DNA of 64,000 nucleotides from Candidatus Thorarchaeota archaeon (GTDB lineage Archaea; Asgardarchaeota; Thorarchaeia; Thorarchaeales; Thorarchaeaceae), in NCBI GenBank assembly GCA_029858305.1, contig JAOUFI010000001.1, forward strand, positions 128,087-192,086, given 5' to 3'. Below the pieces are notes generated by a model. That model was not told the origin of the DNA. It saw only the letters and a program-made list of their open reading frames with translations, and did not search any database. A program made the position numbers and the translations under genes. Positions 38,729 through 49,319 of the stretch are shown piece by piece. The first letter of the stretch is position 1; each line of letters begins with the position of its first letter.

Positions 38729-39964
38729 ATGAGTACAATGGGAAGGATGAAGAAATACAAGGGTTACAAGGCATATCAGTATCTTACTCCAGGCGTTGAT
38801 TATAAGGTCTTCAAACTGAGAGATGCAATTAGGAAAGATTGGGCTTTTACATTGCCACTCTCAAAGACCGAGGAGGAACGAGTAGAGGGAATTCTCGAGA
38901 AGAACATTGTAATCGATCTCCACGAGCATCCAACATTGATGGTTGAGGATGCAAATCAGTCGGTTGAGATGTGGAGAGAGGGAAGGGAATTCATGGCCTA
39001 TGAGGCTCTGAGTCAATCACCACTCGATGGTGTCTTTGATAACTTGATGGACGGCAGCGCACAAATCACTTCTAAACAGGGCTGGAAATGGACTGATATG
39101 ATCCATGATCTAGGCCAGAGACTCTGCGATATCAACCATCAAGACTATGTGATTCATTGCAAAAGACCGGATGATATTGTTGCAGCACATAAAGAGGGGA
39201 AGCTAGCCTGGGTTGCGGTACTTGAGAGTTCATCATCCATAGAGAATGAAATGGATCGTATTGACATACTTTATGGTCTTGGTATCAGGTCAATGGGATT
39301 AACCTACAGCGAGTCGAATATGCTTGGTTCAGGTTTGAACGAGATGACGGACGGAGGGCTTACGGATTTTGGATATGATTGTGTGGTAAGAATGAACAAA
39401 GTGGGAATGCTCATTGATGTGAGCCATGCAGGAGACAAGACGGCCTTGGATGCAATAGAGGGCAGTAAGAAGCCAATAATCGTATCCCATGCTGGTGCCC
39501 GTGCATTATTGCCAATCAAGCGTTTGTTCCCTGATGAAGTTCTACAGGCGCTGGCAGAATCAGATGGAGTCATAGGTATAGAAGCTGCACCAGGTTACAC
39601 AGCAACAAAAGATGATCCAGTTCCCTCGATTGATACATATATGGCGCACCTAGAATATTGTGTCGAGCTGATGGGTATAGACCATGTAGGGTGTGGACCA
39701 GACACGCTCTATGGTGATCATGTTGGATTCTACCGCTTGGAAGACGACCGACTACTGTCTGCGGGATTAGGTCATTATTCCAGACCGGGAAAGACTGGTG
39801 AACCACCCGTGAATCAACTTCCGGACTATGTAAGGGGCATGGAGAATGCTACTGAAGCCATGGATAATGTAGCAAGATGGCTTGTGAAGAACGGTTACTC
39901 AGACGAGGAGATAGCAAAGATCATCGGAGGCAATGCTCTAAGGCTACTGAAAGCAGTATGGTAG
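38729..39964 (+). CDS. Membrane dipeptidase (peptidase family M19).
   Basis: The motifs DLHEHP, GIRSMGLTYSESN, VSHAGDKTALDAI and IVSHAGARAL are M19 renal-dipeptidase-like zinc ligand regions. Confidence 0.8.
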   Translation: MSTMGRMKKYKGYKAYQYLTPGVDYKVFKLRDAIRKDWAFTLPLSKTEEERVEGILEKNIVIDLHEHPTLMVEDANQSVEMWREGREFMAYEALSQSPLDGVFDNLMDGSAQITSKQGWKWTDMIHDLGQRLCDINHQDYVIHCKRPDDIVAAHKEGKLAWVAVLESSSSIENEMDRIDILYGLGIRSMGLTYSESNMLGSGLNEMTDGGLTDFGYDCVVRMNKVGMLIDVSHAGDKTALDAIEGSKKPIIVSHAGARALLPIKRLFPDEVLQALAESDGVIGIEAAPGYTATKDDPVPSIDTYMAHLEYCVELMGIDHVGCGPDTLYGDHVGFYRLEDDRLLSAGLGHYSRPGKTGEPPVNQLPDYVRGMENATEAMDNVARWLVKNGYSDEEIAKIIGGNALRLLKAVW

Positions 39965-40008
39965 GTATTGTTAGAGCCAATAGTCAAGATCCGAGATGGG
40001 AGATGGCG

Positions 40009-40938
40009 TCATATTCTATCATCGTTCTGTGTTGGTTCTTTTTCGACTGGAGCAATGACTGGGCGGTGTACCTCACTTGCCCCCAAGGGTTTTGCTATGC
40101 GCTTGATAAAACCAACTGACTTCTTCTGTGCAACTTCGTTGAGTATCACTACCGGGACAACAAAAGACATGACAAGTAGGGGAATTCCTGCAGTCCATAA
40201 GAAGCTGATGAAAACAGGACTTCTAAGTATTGATTCGCCTGGGTGAAATATATCCAAACCCTGAATGACAAAGGTATTAAAAAAGTGCTCCATGAACATA
40301 GCAATTGGAAAAGCAAGTATTGAGTAACCTCCTAACATGCTGCTGTACCATTTGCCCACACCTTCAGTATCAGGGCATTGCCGCACCTCTAATTGTCCGC
40401 GTTTGAGATGTGTTACAATACCTGCATCATTTAGAATCCAAGTCGGCATGAACAATGCCAATGCTATTGGCATCATGATTAATGCGCCCATAAGTGTAGT
40501 ACTAATAGGATATAGAAACTTGATTGAGTCATCTATTGCTGCTGGATCTACAAAGAGGTACCTACTAAGTATTCCGCGCACTAGACCTGCCGTACTCACA
40601 CTAAATAGAGCTGGCAATGCAGCTCTACGAAGTATCCGGATACCACCAAATTTCGAGCCAATATGCATGATGTCAGTATCAAAGGCTGCAGCCTTAACCA
40701 ATTTATGAAACAGGAGCATCAGAGCGGCCATTGGAATTGCTATAATGAAGTACTCAAGTGCGATGACAGGAATAGCAATGCCTAGTACAATTAAGATGTC
40801 AGTATACAGTGTACCCTCAATAAAGGGGATAAAGCTGAGAAAAGGAAAGTCCTTTGTAACCCAATATATTGAGAAAATTGTGGAAGCAATCCCAACAATA
40901 GCAAATATTATCGGGAAGAAGAATCGTGAACGACCCAT
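40009..40938 (-). CDS. Hypothetical polytopic membrane protein.
   Basis: It is 309 aa with about 8 TM helices. Confidence 0.5.
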   Translation of the reverse strand: MGRSRFFFPIIFAIVGIASTIFSIYWVTKDFPFLSFIPFIEGTLYTDILIVLGIAIPVIALEYFIIAIPMAALMLLFHKLVKAAAFDTDIMHIGSKFGGIRILRRAALPALFSVSTAGLVRGILSRYLFVDPAAIDDSIKFLYPISTTLMGALIMMPIALALFMPTWILNDAGIVTHLKRGQLEVRQCPDTEGVGKWYSSMLGGYSILAFPIAMFMEHFFNTFVIQGLDIFHPGESILRSPVFISFLWTAGIPLLVMSFVVPVVILNEVAQKKSVGFIKRIAKPLGASEVHRPVIAPVEKEPTQNDDRI

Positions 40939-41086
40939 TGTTCCGGACTCCTTGTGATGTTATATGTTGGACAATGGATTCGGTGGTATATAGACCATAC
41001 GGCTGTGTATTAAGAGAAACCATAGCAATTCTTGAGATTGTGTTATATGCAGACGGTGGTGAAATCTTTCAACTTATAACAAATGA

Positions 41087-41569
41087 GTGCATAGCAAAGA
41101 TATGTCATTCGTGAAATCTATCATCAATTATACAATGTGGGCGAACGATACTATATGGAGAATCACTGAGAAGCTGACTGATGAGGAATTTAGTCGAGAT
41201 TTTGATAAAGCCGGTGGAAGCATTCGACTTAGATACATTCACCTAGCTGAAGATACTTGGGAGTGGTATCATGACTGGCATTGTGAGGAACCAGAAGAGC
41301 CAGACTTTTCTGAAATGACAAGAGGTGAACTTTACAAATTCACGATGGACTATATTATGAAGTGGAGAAGCCTGATTGATGAACTAACGGTGAACTCCTT
41401 CAAGGATGAGCGGAATGGAAAGGTCGTTATAGTCACGCTTGATGAAATGATATTCCATCTGGCAAATCATCACACCTATCATAGAGGACAGATAGTCATG
41501 GGGCTAAGGCTGCTGGGCAAAAATGTTGAGATGACCGATTATGTTCCTTACAGATTCAAGACTGCATAA
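41087..41569 (+). CDS. DinB/YfiT-like (DinB_2) metal-dependent four-helix-bundle protein.
   Basis: The sequences MWANDTIWRITEKL and LANHHTYHRGQI give the DinB family His pattern. Confidence 0.6.
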   Translation: MHSKDMSFVKSIINYTMWANDTIWRITEKLTDEEFSRDFDKAGGSIRLRYIHLAEDTWEWYHDWHCEEPEEPDFSEMTRGELYKFTMDYIMKWRSLIDELTVNSFKDERNGKVVIVTLDEMIFHLANHHTYHRGQIVMGLRLLGKNVEMTDYVPYRFKTA

Positions 41570-41589
41570 CAATCTTAGATTAAAAAAGA

Positions 41590-41626
41590 TCTAGAGGGAG
41601 ACCCTTGCAGGTCTCTCTCCGGGTAA
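41590..41626. terminator. Inverted repeat (agggagacc-cttgca-ggtctctct) between convergent genes, a candidate bidirectional terminator.
   Basis: The gagacc/ggtctc stem extends with flanking purine/pyrimidine runs. It lies in the 65-bp gap between 41569(+) and 41635(-). Confidence 0.3.
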
Positions 41627-41634
41627 TCTAAATT

Positions 41635-43623
41635 CTACAGACGTTCGTTGACTAGGGTTTCAACAACAGAGGGGTCAGCCAGAGTTGTGACATCGCCAAG
41701 GTCATCTATCTGACCAGCTGCAATTCTCTTGAGAATTCTTCTCATAATTTTACCAGAGCGGGTCTTTGGAAGAGCATCTGCGAACTGCACCTTTGCGGGA
41801 GTAGCTATGGGGCCTACATCGTTTCGAACATGATTTCTAAGTTCTTGGCGTAGTTCCTCAGTCTTCTCAACACCCATCTTGAGCGTCACAAAGCAATAGA
41901 TGTCTTCACCCTTAATCTCATGGGGGAATCCAACAACAGCACACTCAGCAACAGCGGGATGTTTTACAAGTGAGGACTCAATCTCAGCCGTCCCAAGTCT
42001 GTGACCTGACACTTTTAGAACGTCATCGAGGCGTCCCATCACGAAGTAGTATCCATCTTTGTTGAACCGAGCGCCATCACCAGTGTAGTACATCGGATTC
42101 TTATCTGCAGGATTCTTGAACTGCACCCAATACGTATCTACGAATCGTTTGTGGTTGCCATAAACAGTTCTCATGAGACCAGGCCAAGGTTTCTTGAAGC
42201 AGAGATAACCACCCTCGTTGGGACCAACAGGCACCCCGTCTTCTGCAACGATAATAGGGTCAAGACCAAAATATGGGAAGGTTGCTGAACCTGGGATTGT
42301 AGGTGTTGCCCCAGGTAGCGGTGTAAGAATCACACCACCGGTTTCGGTCTGCCAATATGTGTCAACGATAGGGCATTTCTCCTTGCCAATCATTCTGTAG
42401 TACCACATCCAAGCCTCTGGATTGATTGGCTCTCCAACAGTACCAAGAAGATTCAAACTTGATAGATCATGCTTCAAAACAGGTTCGTTGCCAAATCTCA
42501 TTAATGCGCGGATTGCTGTAGGTGCAGTATAGAACTGAGTCACCTTCCAGCGTTCGACTTCTAGCCAGAAACGGTCGTTATCAGGGTATGTTGGTACGGA
42601 CTCGTACATCAGGGTAGTAGCACCAGCTGAAAGAGGTCCGTATACAATGTAAGAATGTCCAGTAATCCATCCAATGTCAGCTGTGCACCAATAGATGTCA
42701 CCTGGATGCCAATCAAAGATATTCAAAAATGAGTGGGTCGTGTAAACCATGAAACCACCCGTTGTGTGAAGTACACCTTTTGGCTTACCAGTTGAGCCGG
42801 ATGTATAGAGAATGAACAATGGATCCTCAGCCTTCATCCACTCAGTTTCACACTTATCACTGACCTTTGCGTATTCCTCGTGATACCAGACATCTCTGCC
42901 CTCGGTCCATGGGACATCAATTCCAACTCTCTTGATTATCAGAACTTTTTCTACAACCGGAGTGGATTCGAGAGCTGTGTCAGCACCAGCCTTCTGTGGG
43001 ATAGTCTTGCCGCTGCGGTAATATCCATCAGCAGTTACTAAGACCTTCCCCTGACAGTCTTGAATTCTATCTACGAGCGAATCAGCACTAAATCCACCAA
43101 ATACAATACTGTGAATTGCTCCAATCTTCACACAAGCAAGCATGATGATTGCCAGCTCAGGAATCATTGGAAGGTAGATAGTGATCCTATCACCCTTCTT
43201 GACACCTAGGTTCTTCAGAACATTCGCTGCCTTGTTGACCTCGCTAAGAAGCTGCTTGTAGGTGTAAGTCTTTGACTCATCAAGAGGTTCGCCTTGCCAA
43301 ATCAAAGCAATTTGATCGCCTTTACCAGCGTTAACGTGTTTGTCAAGACAATTGTAAGCCATATTGGTAATGCCATCTTCAAACCACGTAAACTCTGCAT
43401 TTTTAGGATTCTTCCAATCAAACCCTTTTGTCGGTTCTTTCTTCCAGTAGCAAAGTTCCTTTGCTGCCTTTAACCAGAAGGTATCAGTGTGTTCGATGGA
43501 CTCTTTCCAGATTTTCATCCTCTCTGCCTGGCTTTTTACATAGGCCTTTTTGGAGAAGCTCTTTGGAGGGTCGAAGCGCCGTTCCTCCTGGCTATATACT
43601 GTAATCTTCTTATCTTCTGACAA
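41635..43623 (-). CDS. acs: Acetyl-CoA synthetase (acetate--CoA ligase, AMP-forming).
   Basis: The motif is ILYTSGSTGKPKGV. It is 662 aa with the C-terminus ...TRSGKIMRRILKRIA, which contains the conserved Lys that is the target of regulatory acetylation in characterised Acs. Confidence 0.9.
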   Translation of the reverse strand: MSEDKKITVYSQEERRFDPPKSFSKKAYVKSQAERMKIWKESIEHTDTFWLKAAKELCYWKKEPTKGFDWKNPKNAEFTWFEDGITNMAYNCLDKHVNAGKGDQIALIWQGEPLDESKTYTYKQLLSEVNKAANVLKNLGVKKGDRITIYLPMIPELAIIMLACVKIGAIHSIVFGGFSADSLVDRIQDCQGKVLVTADGYYRSGKTIPQKAGADTALESTPVVEKVLIIKRVGIDVPWTEGRDVWYHEEYAKVSDKCETEWMKAEDPLFILYTSGSTGKPKGVLHTTGGFMVYTTHSFLNIFDWHPGDIYWCTADIGWITGHSYIVYGPLSAGATTLMYESVPTYPDNDRFWLEVERWKVTQFYTAPTAIRALMRFGNEPVLKHDLSSLNLLGTVGEPINPEAWMWYYRMIGKEKCPIVDTYWQTETGGVILTPLPGATPTIPGSATFPYFGLDPIIVAEDGVPVGPNEGGYLCFKKPWPGLMRTVYGNHKRFVDTYWVQFKNPADKNPMYYTGDGARFNKDGYYFVMGRLDDVLKVSGHRLGTAEIESSLVKHPAVAECAVVGFPHEIKGEDIYCFVTLKMGVEKTEELRQELRNHVRNDVGPIATPAKVQFADALPKTRSGKIMRRILKRIAAGQIDDLGDVTTLADPSVVETLVNERL

Positions 43624-43779
43624 AATCGGTCACCAAATTCGGTCGATGATATGAGCCGAGGAGCAAAAAATGTACTATATGAAGCTTGTCAAATCGGAAT
43701 GAAAGCATTGAAAAGTTGTGGTTGCTGAAAAAAGAAAAGAAGAGGTCAAAGAAAATAGTTCGACCTCTTAATCAATTAA

Positions 43780-45144
43780 TTATGAATTCTTGCGCTTCGC
43801 CTTGAGTATCAAAGTGAAGAGTACTGCGATGAGTGCTAGAATACCAGTCACAATAAACGCCATGAAGTATGACCCAGTAGCGTCCTTAATGGGGCCTGCT
43901 ACGAATGCTCCGGTAATTCCGGCAATACCATACGCAGTAAACATTACGCCATAGTTCTTTCCAACGTTTTTGCTACCAAAGAAATCTGCAGTCGCTGATG
44001 GGAATAAAGCAAAATTACCACCGAAACAGAAGCCAATCAGTGAAGCAATTCCCATGACAGCGAACCAACTAATGGACAGGGTTGTCATCAAAGCAAATGT
44101 GAACATTCCGATTGCGAGAATAATAAACATGAGAATCATTGTGTTTTCGCGACCTAATTTGTCGGATAATGCACCCCATACAATTCGTCCTGCTGCGTTG
44201 AGTATACTCATTATTCCAACAAGAATCACAGCATCTGTCGTGGTATCAATTGCCAATGAAGCAGTCTTCACGTTACCAATGGTCATGAGACCAGCGGTAG
44301 CAGCAAAAACGAACATCAACCAGAGGAGCCAGAAGGTTGAGGTTCGAATCATTTGACCAGGCATCATACCAGTACCAGCACCGTCAGCTATCGTTACAGG
44401 GGGAGTGTAACCAGCTGGGAGCCAACCTTCAGGAGGATTAACAAGTACCTGAGCGCCCAGTACGACAAGAACAAGGTACACGACACCAAGAACTATCATT
44501 GGCACCCCAATGTTAAGTGTGGTAGGCACATTGTAGAAACTCAGAAGAATGGTTTCTACCCAACCAAAGATGAGTGCGCCCGCACCAAAACCGGCTACAG
44601 CAATACCAGTGATAGTACCTTTCTTGTCAGGAAACCACTTTACTAGAGCTGCAATTGGACAGACATAGGCAAACCCAATACCTGCACCACCAATTATACC
44701 ATATGTAATGACAAGGTAAATTGTGCCTAGAAGTGCATTACCACCTGCGATTGTATCAACAAAAAAGGCGGAGATATAACCAGCACCAAGAAGAATTCCA
44801 CCAAATGTGGCAACTTTTCTGGGACCTACACGATCTTGCCATCTTCCTGCAAAGATCATAAAAAGTGCAAACGATGCCAAACCAGCTGCGAATGGGAGCA
44901 GTGAATATAGAGAGGGCCATTGATATGCGCCACTTGGAGCATTTAGTGCCGTCTGAAAGAAGGACCAAGCGTATATCGAACCCAAGCAAAGCTGAACAAT
45001 TAGCGCGCCGAGAATGACAAGGTTTCTATTACCGATTTTTTGTTCCGACATATGACACCCACCTGAAAGTGTGTCAGAAATTACATCCTCTGCGATTTGT
45101 TCCACACTAAAAGCCTTCCGACTTTTAGATGAGTAACTGACCAT
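43780..45144 (-). CDS. MFS transporter (oxalate:formate antiporter-like family).
   Basis: It is 454 aa with 12 TM helices. The loop GRWQDRVGPRK is of the MFS type. Confidence 0.7.
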   Translation of the reverse strand: MVSYSSKSRKAFSVEQIAEDVISDTLSGGCHMSEQKIGNRNLVILGALIVQLCLGSIYAWSFFQTALNAPSGAYQWPSLYSLLPFAAGLASFALFMIFAGRWQDRVGPRKVATFGGILLGAGYISAFFVDTIAGGNALLGTIYLVITYGIIGGAGIGFAYVCPIAALVKWFPDKKGTITGIAVAGFGAGALIFGWVETILLSFYNVPTTLNIGVPMIVLGVVYLVLVVLGAQVLVNPPEGWLPAGYTPPVTIADGAGTGMMPGQMIRTSTFWLLWLMFVFAATAGLMTIGNVKTASLAIDTTTDAVILVGIMSILNAAGRIVWGALSDKLGRENTMILMFIILAIGMFTFALMTTLSISWFAVMGIASLIGFCFGGNFALFPSATADFFGSKNVGKNYGVMFTAYGIAGITGAFVAGPIKDATGSYFMAFIVTGILALIAVLFTLILKAKRKNS

Positions 45145-45199
45145 TCTCTGCGTAGTATGTCACTTGGAAACGTCTTTATATCGAGTATAAACCATCTCC

Positions 45200-47107
45200 T
45201 TGACAACAGAGGGTTTACATATGGTTGCAACTGACTGGACTCAAAAATACAAGAGTAAGATTCTGACAGCCTCAAAAGCCATTACGAAAGTCAGACGTGG
45301 GTCAAGAATCTTTCTTGGAACTGGATGTGGTGTGCCCTACCACCTTGTACAAGAGTTAGCTGCTCATGCTAATCAGATGGCAGATAACGAGATTGTGCAC
45401 CTTCTCACTCTCGGAGATACACCATCTGCAGATTCAAAATTCCAGACACAGTTCCGGCATAATACTTTCTTTGTGAGCGCCAACATCAGGGATGCAGTTT
45501 CAGAAGGGCGCGCGGATTATACACCAATCATGCTCTCGGATATTCCAGACCTATTCAGACAGAAGAGAATGCCACTAGATGTTGCTATGATACAGATTAG
45601 CCCTCCCGACAGATATGGATACTGTTCACTAGGAATCTCTGTGGATATAACAAAAGCAGCCTCTGAGAGCGCAGACATTGTTATCGCGCAGGTCAATGAT
45701 AAGATGCCAATAACGCATGGCGACTCATTTGTTGATATTAGAGAGATTGATTATCTTGTTCCCTTCAATGAACCATTAAGAGAATTCCAAGGTGATGAGA
45801 TCACTGAAACAGTAGATCTTATTGGTAGTTATGTTGCGAGATTGGTGGAGAACGAGTCGACTCTAGAACTTGGTATTGGTGCACTCCCACAGGCTGTATG
45901 TAACAACCTTCTTGATTCTGGAGTTCAGGATCTCGGCATCCATACAGAGATGTTCAGTGATAGTCTATTACCTCTAATAGATGCAGGTATTGTGACCAAT
46001 AAGAAAAAGTCAATCAACAAAGGAAAAGTAATTGCTAGCTTTGCGATGGGATCAAGGAAACTTTACGAATACATTGATGACAACCCATTCTTTCATTTTC
46101 ATGATACAGCGTATGTAAACGACCCTTATGTTATTGGACAAAACAGGAAGATGATAGCAATCAACTCAGCTCTCGAGGTAGATCTTACAGGTCAAGTATG
46201 TGCAGACTCTCTTGGGCATAGGTTCTACAGCGGAATTGGTGGCCAAGTTGACTTCATCAGGGGTGCAAAGAGGTCTCAAGGAGGTAAGGCAATCATTTGT
46301 CTGCAATCTACAGCAATGGAAGGAACAGTTTCGAGAATAGTGCCCCAGTTGAGCGAGGGCTCTGGCGTAGTAACCACTCGTGGAGATGTAGATGTGATTA
46401 TTACAGAATATGGTCTGGCGAACATGCATGGAAAGACAATCAGAGAACGCGTATTGTCACTCATTGCCATAGCGCATCCGAAGTTCCGAAACGATCTCCT
46501 CGATGCAGCTAAGAAAATGAGGTATGTCTTCGAGGACCAAGTTCCATTCCTTGTGCAGGGGACATACTTCGCCACTGAATATGAAATAACAGAGAGATTC
46601 AAGGGTCCAGATGGACCTGTTGATGTGCATTTCAGACTTATACGACCAGACGATACTGATCGTATCAAGGAGTTGTTCTACGGTCTCAGCGAGGAAAGTA
46701 TCTACTTTAGATTCCTCACACCGCTACGGAGCCTGAGAAGGCAGACTCTTCAGGATTTCTATAATGTAGATCAGTCACGCGATATCAGTGTCGTAGCTGT
46801 CATAAAATCAGATGAAGAGGGCGAAACTGAGAGAATCATTGGTGCAGGAAGATATGTTCTCAACAGAAGTACAAATGAGGCAGAATTTGCACTCCTTGTT
46901 AATGACGACTATCAAAACAGAGGAATTGGTACATTCTTGCTGAACCACCTTATGAGGATTGCAAAGAGTAAGGGCGTTGATGCATTCATTGCATATGTTC
47001 ATCCACAGAACCAGCCAATGATTAGATTCATCCACAAGACTGGAAAGGTTGTAGAGAGTAAGATATCTATACAGGATGAAGAGTACGTATTTCGGCTTAA
47101 ACTATAG
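45200..47107 (+). CDS. Fusion of an acetyl-CoA hydrolase/transferase (AcH/4-hydroxybutyrate CoA-transferase family) domain with a C-terminal GNAT acetyltransferase domain.
   Basis: Residues 1-430 match CoA-transferase family I (AcH_N/C). The last 200 aa (FRLIRPDDTDRIKELFYGLSEESIYFRF...LLVNDDYQNRGIGTFLLNHLMRIA) form a GNAT fold with a Q/RxxGxG/A motif. Confidence 0.65.
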   Translation: MTTEGLHMVATDWTQKYKSKILTASKAITKVRRGSRIFLGTGCGVPYHLVQELAAHANQMADNEIVHLLTLGDTPSADSKFQTQFRHNTFFVSANIRDAVSEGRADYTPIMLSDIPDLFRQKRMPLDVAMIQISPPDRYGYCSLGISVDITKAASESADIVIAQVNDKMPITHGDSFVDIREIDYLVPFNEPLREFQGDEITETVDLIGSYVARLVENESTLELGIGALPQAVCNNLLDSGVQDLGIHTEMFSDSLLPLIDAGIVTNKKKSINKGKVIASFAMGSRKLYEYIDDNPFFHFHDTAYVNDPYVIGQNRKMIAINSALEVDLTGQVCADSLGHRFYSGIGGQVDFIRGAKRSQGGKAIICLQSTAMEGTVSRIVPQLSEGSGVVTTRGDVDVIITEYGLANMHGKTIRERVLSLIAIAHPKFRNDLLDAAKKMRYVFEDQVPFLVQGTYFATEYEITERFKGPDGPVDVHFRLIRPDDTDRIKELFYGLSEESIYFRFLTPLRSLRRQTLQDFYNVDQSRDISVVAVIKSDEEGETERIIGAGRYVLNRSTNEAEFALLVNDDYQNRGIGTFLLNHLMRIAKSKGVDAFIAYVHPQNQPMIRFIHKTGKVVESKISIQDEEYVFRLKL

Positions 47108-47164
47108 ACATCTATATGCTACATATATCACTCAAAGACTTCGATATAATCCAAGTGAACACCC

Positions 47165-48370
47165 ATGAGCGATACTCTTCTGAAAGCTGGGACTGTAATT
47201 GTAGGAAATGGTAGTCAAATCGAGAACGTATCAATCTTGATTCAAAACGGGATTATCTCAAGATTAGAGAGAGAGATTCCCATAGGTCCGGAAATGGATG
47301 TGCTTGAATTTTCTGACTGTGTGGTCATGCCAGGTATGATTGATCCGCATGTTCATGTTTGCTTTGATGGTTCACCAAACATGGCTGAAACACAGAAACT
47401 CGCTGATGAGTTGCTTGCAATCAGAGGTAGTAAGTTATTGGAAACCCTCCTCCAACATGGAGTGACAACTGTTGGTGATGCGGCAGGACGGGGAAATGTT
47501 CCTTTTGCGGTGAAAGAGGCAATTGATCGAGGAATTGCCAAAGGACCACGTTTTCTTCCCTGTGGAAGAATGATCACGATAACAGGTGGAAGAGATCCTC
47601 TCGCTGGGGCAAATGAGGCAGATGGTGCTGACAATGTACGACGGGCGGTCCGGGAAGAGATTGGAAGAGGGGTATACTATGTCAAACTGGCTGCAACGGG
47701 AGCTATGACATCTGAACATACAGAGAGTATGAGTATTCAGTTCAATCAAGAAGAACTACAGGCAGCAGCTGATGAGGCTAGGAAAGTTGGAAAGAGGTCT
47801 CATTCACATGCCTATGGAGAAGAGGGAATCAGGAACACTATACTTGCAGGAGTCGATGTGCTTGTTCATGGTCATCCACTCAGTAAAGAGAACATCGAAC
47901 TGATGAAGAAGCACAAGACCATGTACATGCCAACCATGGTGACCTACTATGAATCACAACTTCATCATGATGACGGAGACCTTCCAGAATTTATGGTTCG
48001 AAAAGAGAAGGAGATATTCCCGCTCATAGAAGAGGGAGTACGAAATGCTGTCAAAGCTGGGATAGAGCTGGTGGTTGGAACCGATTCAGGGATGCCCTAT
48101 ACCTACTATGGAAAGTCCACCCCAGAAGAGATGGAACTACTCGTGAGATTGGGTGGTGCCACAGAGATGCAAGCCATTGTTGCAGGTACAAGAAACGCTG
48201 CAAGATCAATGAGTATCGAATCAAAGGTTGGAACAATTGAACCAGGCAAGTCAGCGGATTTGTTGATTCTTGTTCAAGGAAAGAATCCTCTAGAGGATAT
48301 CTCGATTCTACAAGACACACAATCAATTAAGAGAGTCATCCTCAGAGGAAAGACTGTAGTTGAGAGATAG
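47165..48370 (+). CDS. Amidohydrolase-family metal-dependent hydrolase.
   Basis: The motifs are MPGMIDPHVHV, HSHAYG and VVGTDSG. It is 401 aa. Confidence 0.75.
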   Translation: MSDTLLKAGTVIVGNGSQIENVSILIQNGIISRLEREIPIGPEMDVLEFSDCVVMPGMIDPHVHVCFDGSPNMAETQKLADELLAIRGSKLLETLLQHGVTTVGDAAGRGNVPFAVKEAIDRGIAKGPRFLPCGRMITITGGRDPLAGANEADGADNVRRAVREEIGRGVYYVKLAATGAMTSEHTESMSIQFNQEELQAAADEARKVGKRSHSHAYGEEGIRNTILAGVDVLVHGHPLSKENIELMKKHKTMYMPTMVTYYESQLHHDDGDLPEFMVRKEKEIFPLIEEGVRNAVKAGIELVVGTDSGMPYTYYGKSTPEEMELLVRLGGATEMQAIVAGTRNAARSMSIESKVGTIEPGKSADLLILVQGKNPLEDISILQDTQSIKRVILRGKTVVER

Positions 48371-48712
48371 AATTGGTTTGAAAAGAGATGGAGCAGACGG
48401 AGTGATATGCCTGCTCTTATTTCAATATACTAGGTTGCTGTAGAAGCAATGGTGTGGATTTCACCCTCGTTTAAACTGGTTCATCAGGCGGTTCCCCTGA
48501 TTGTGTATCTCATTCTCACCCCCAAAGAACTAGTATTTTCGTTGCAATTTTAGCACAGATAGAGTGAAGGCGCCACACCGCCGGGAAGCGGGAAACGACA
48601 GACACTAGATGTAAAATAGGAACCGTGGCGCCGTTCAATTACTAATCACATCCAGTTCTAATAAGCACCTAGAAAATTACGAGAATATATTCAACGTACA
48701 ACACAAAATGCC

Positions 48713-48901
48713 ATGACAAGTACGACTCTTATCTCTAGAATTCAGTACTTCACTCGAGAGCAACTTGAAGCAATTGATCAGATATTAAAATTACTTGATT
48801 CTGATGAATATCGAGACTACCATGACCAATTCGGTGTATGTAATGCCCCGGATACGATTGAGTCACTTCGAAAAGAGGTTCGTAATGCTCTCGAGAAATA
48901 A
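48713..48901 (+). CDS. Small hypothetical protein of 62 aa.
   Basis: An ORF after a roughly 340-bp non-coding region. There is no other support. Confidence 0.3.
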   Translation: MTSTTLISRIQYFTREQLEAIDQILKLLDSDEYRDYHDQFGVCNAPDTIESLRKEVRNALEK

Positions 48902-48979
48902 TGATGCGCTTATGATGTTTTTAACATTAGGGACAGGTCTGTTTCTTGGTTGAGAATAAATCCAGATAATAATCCCCGC

Positions 48980-49231
48980 CTATGCCACGACAAAAATAGG
49001 TGGGAATAAGACAAAGTACTCTATTACTATAGATAGCAGTACTCCACCAGCCACGAAACTCTTTCCCCGACTTTGATTGACCTCAGTGAACCAGAGTATC
49101 GCACCTATTAGCACTATGACAACACCTGAGATCTGCCCTATGAAGATTAGAAAGTCCCATATCTCGATGAAATATGATGTTATCAACTGTGCAAAGTTCG
49201 CAAGTGGTGATTGTAACAGCACTGGATTCAT
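48980..49231 (-). CDS. Small hypothetical membrane protein, tandem paralog 1.
   Basis: It is 83 aa and about 60% identical to 49320-49571. The shared sequences are MNPVLLQSPL and EYFVLFPP.FV. Confidence 0.5.
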   Translation of the reverse strand: MNPVLLQSPLANFAQLITSYFIEIWDFLIFIGQISGVVIVLIGAILWFTEVNQSRGKSFVAGGVLLSIVIEYFVLFPPIFVVA

Positions 49232-49319
49232 TATACTGACCCAAATCAGAGTGGTTCTTTGTTAATTTAAGGTCCTAGAAAGTGAGGACCTACGTATGGT
49301 TGAATAGATCATCATAGAC

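Noticed and set aside
48371-48712. Possible 5S rRNA or other structured RNA in the 340-bp gap.
   Set aside because: I could not recognise 5S, SRP RNA or RNase P RNA consensus blocks by eye. It is left as an unexplained non-coding stretch.
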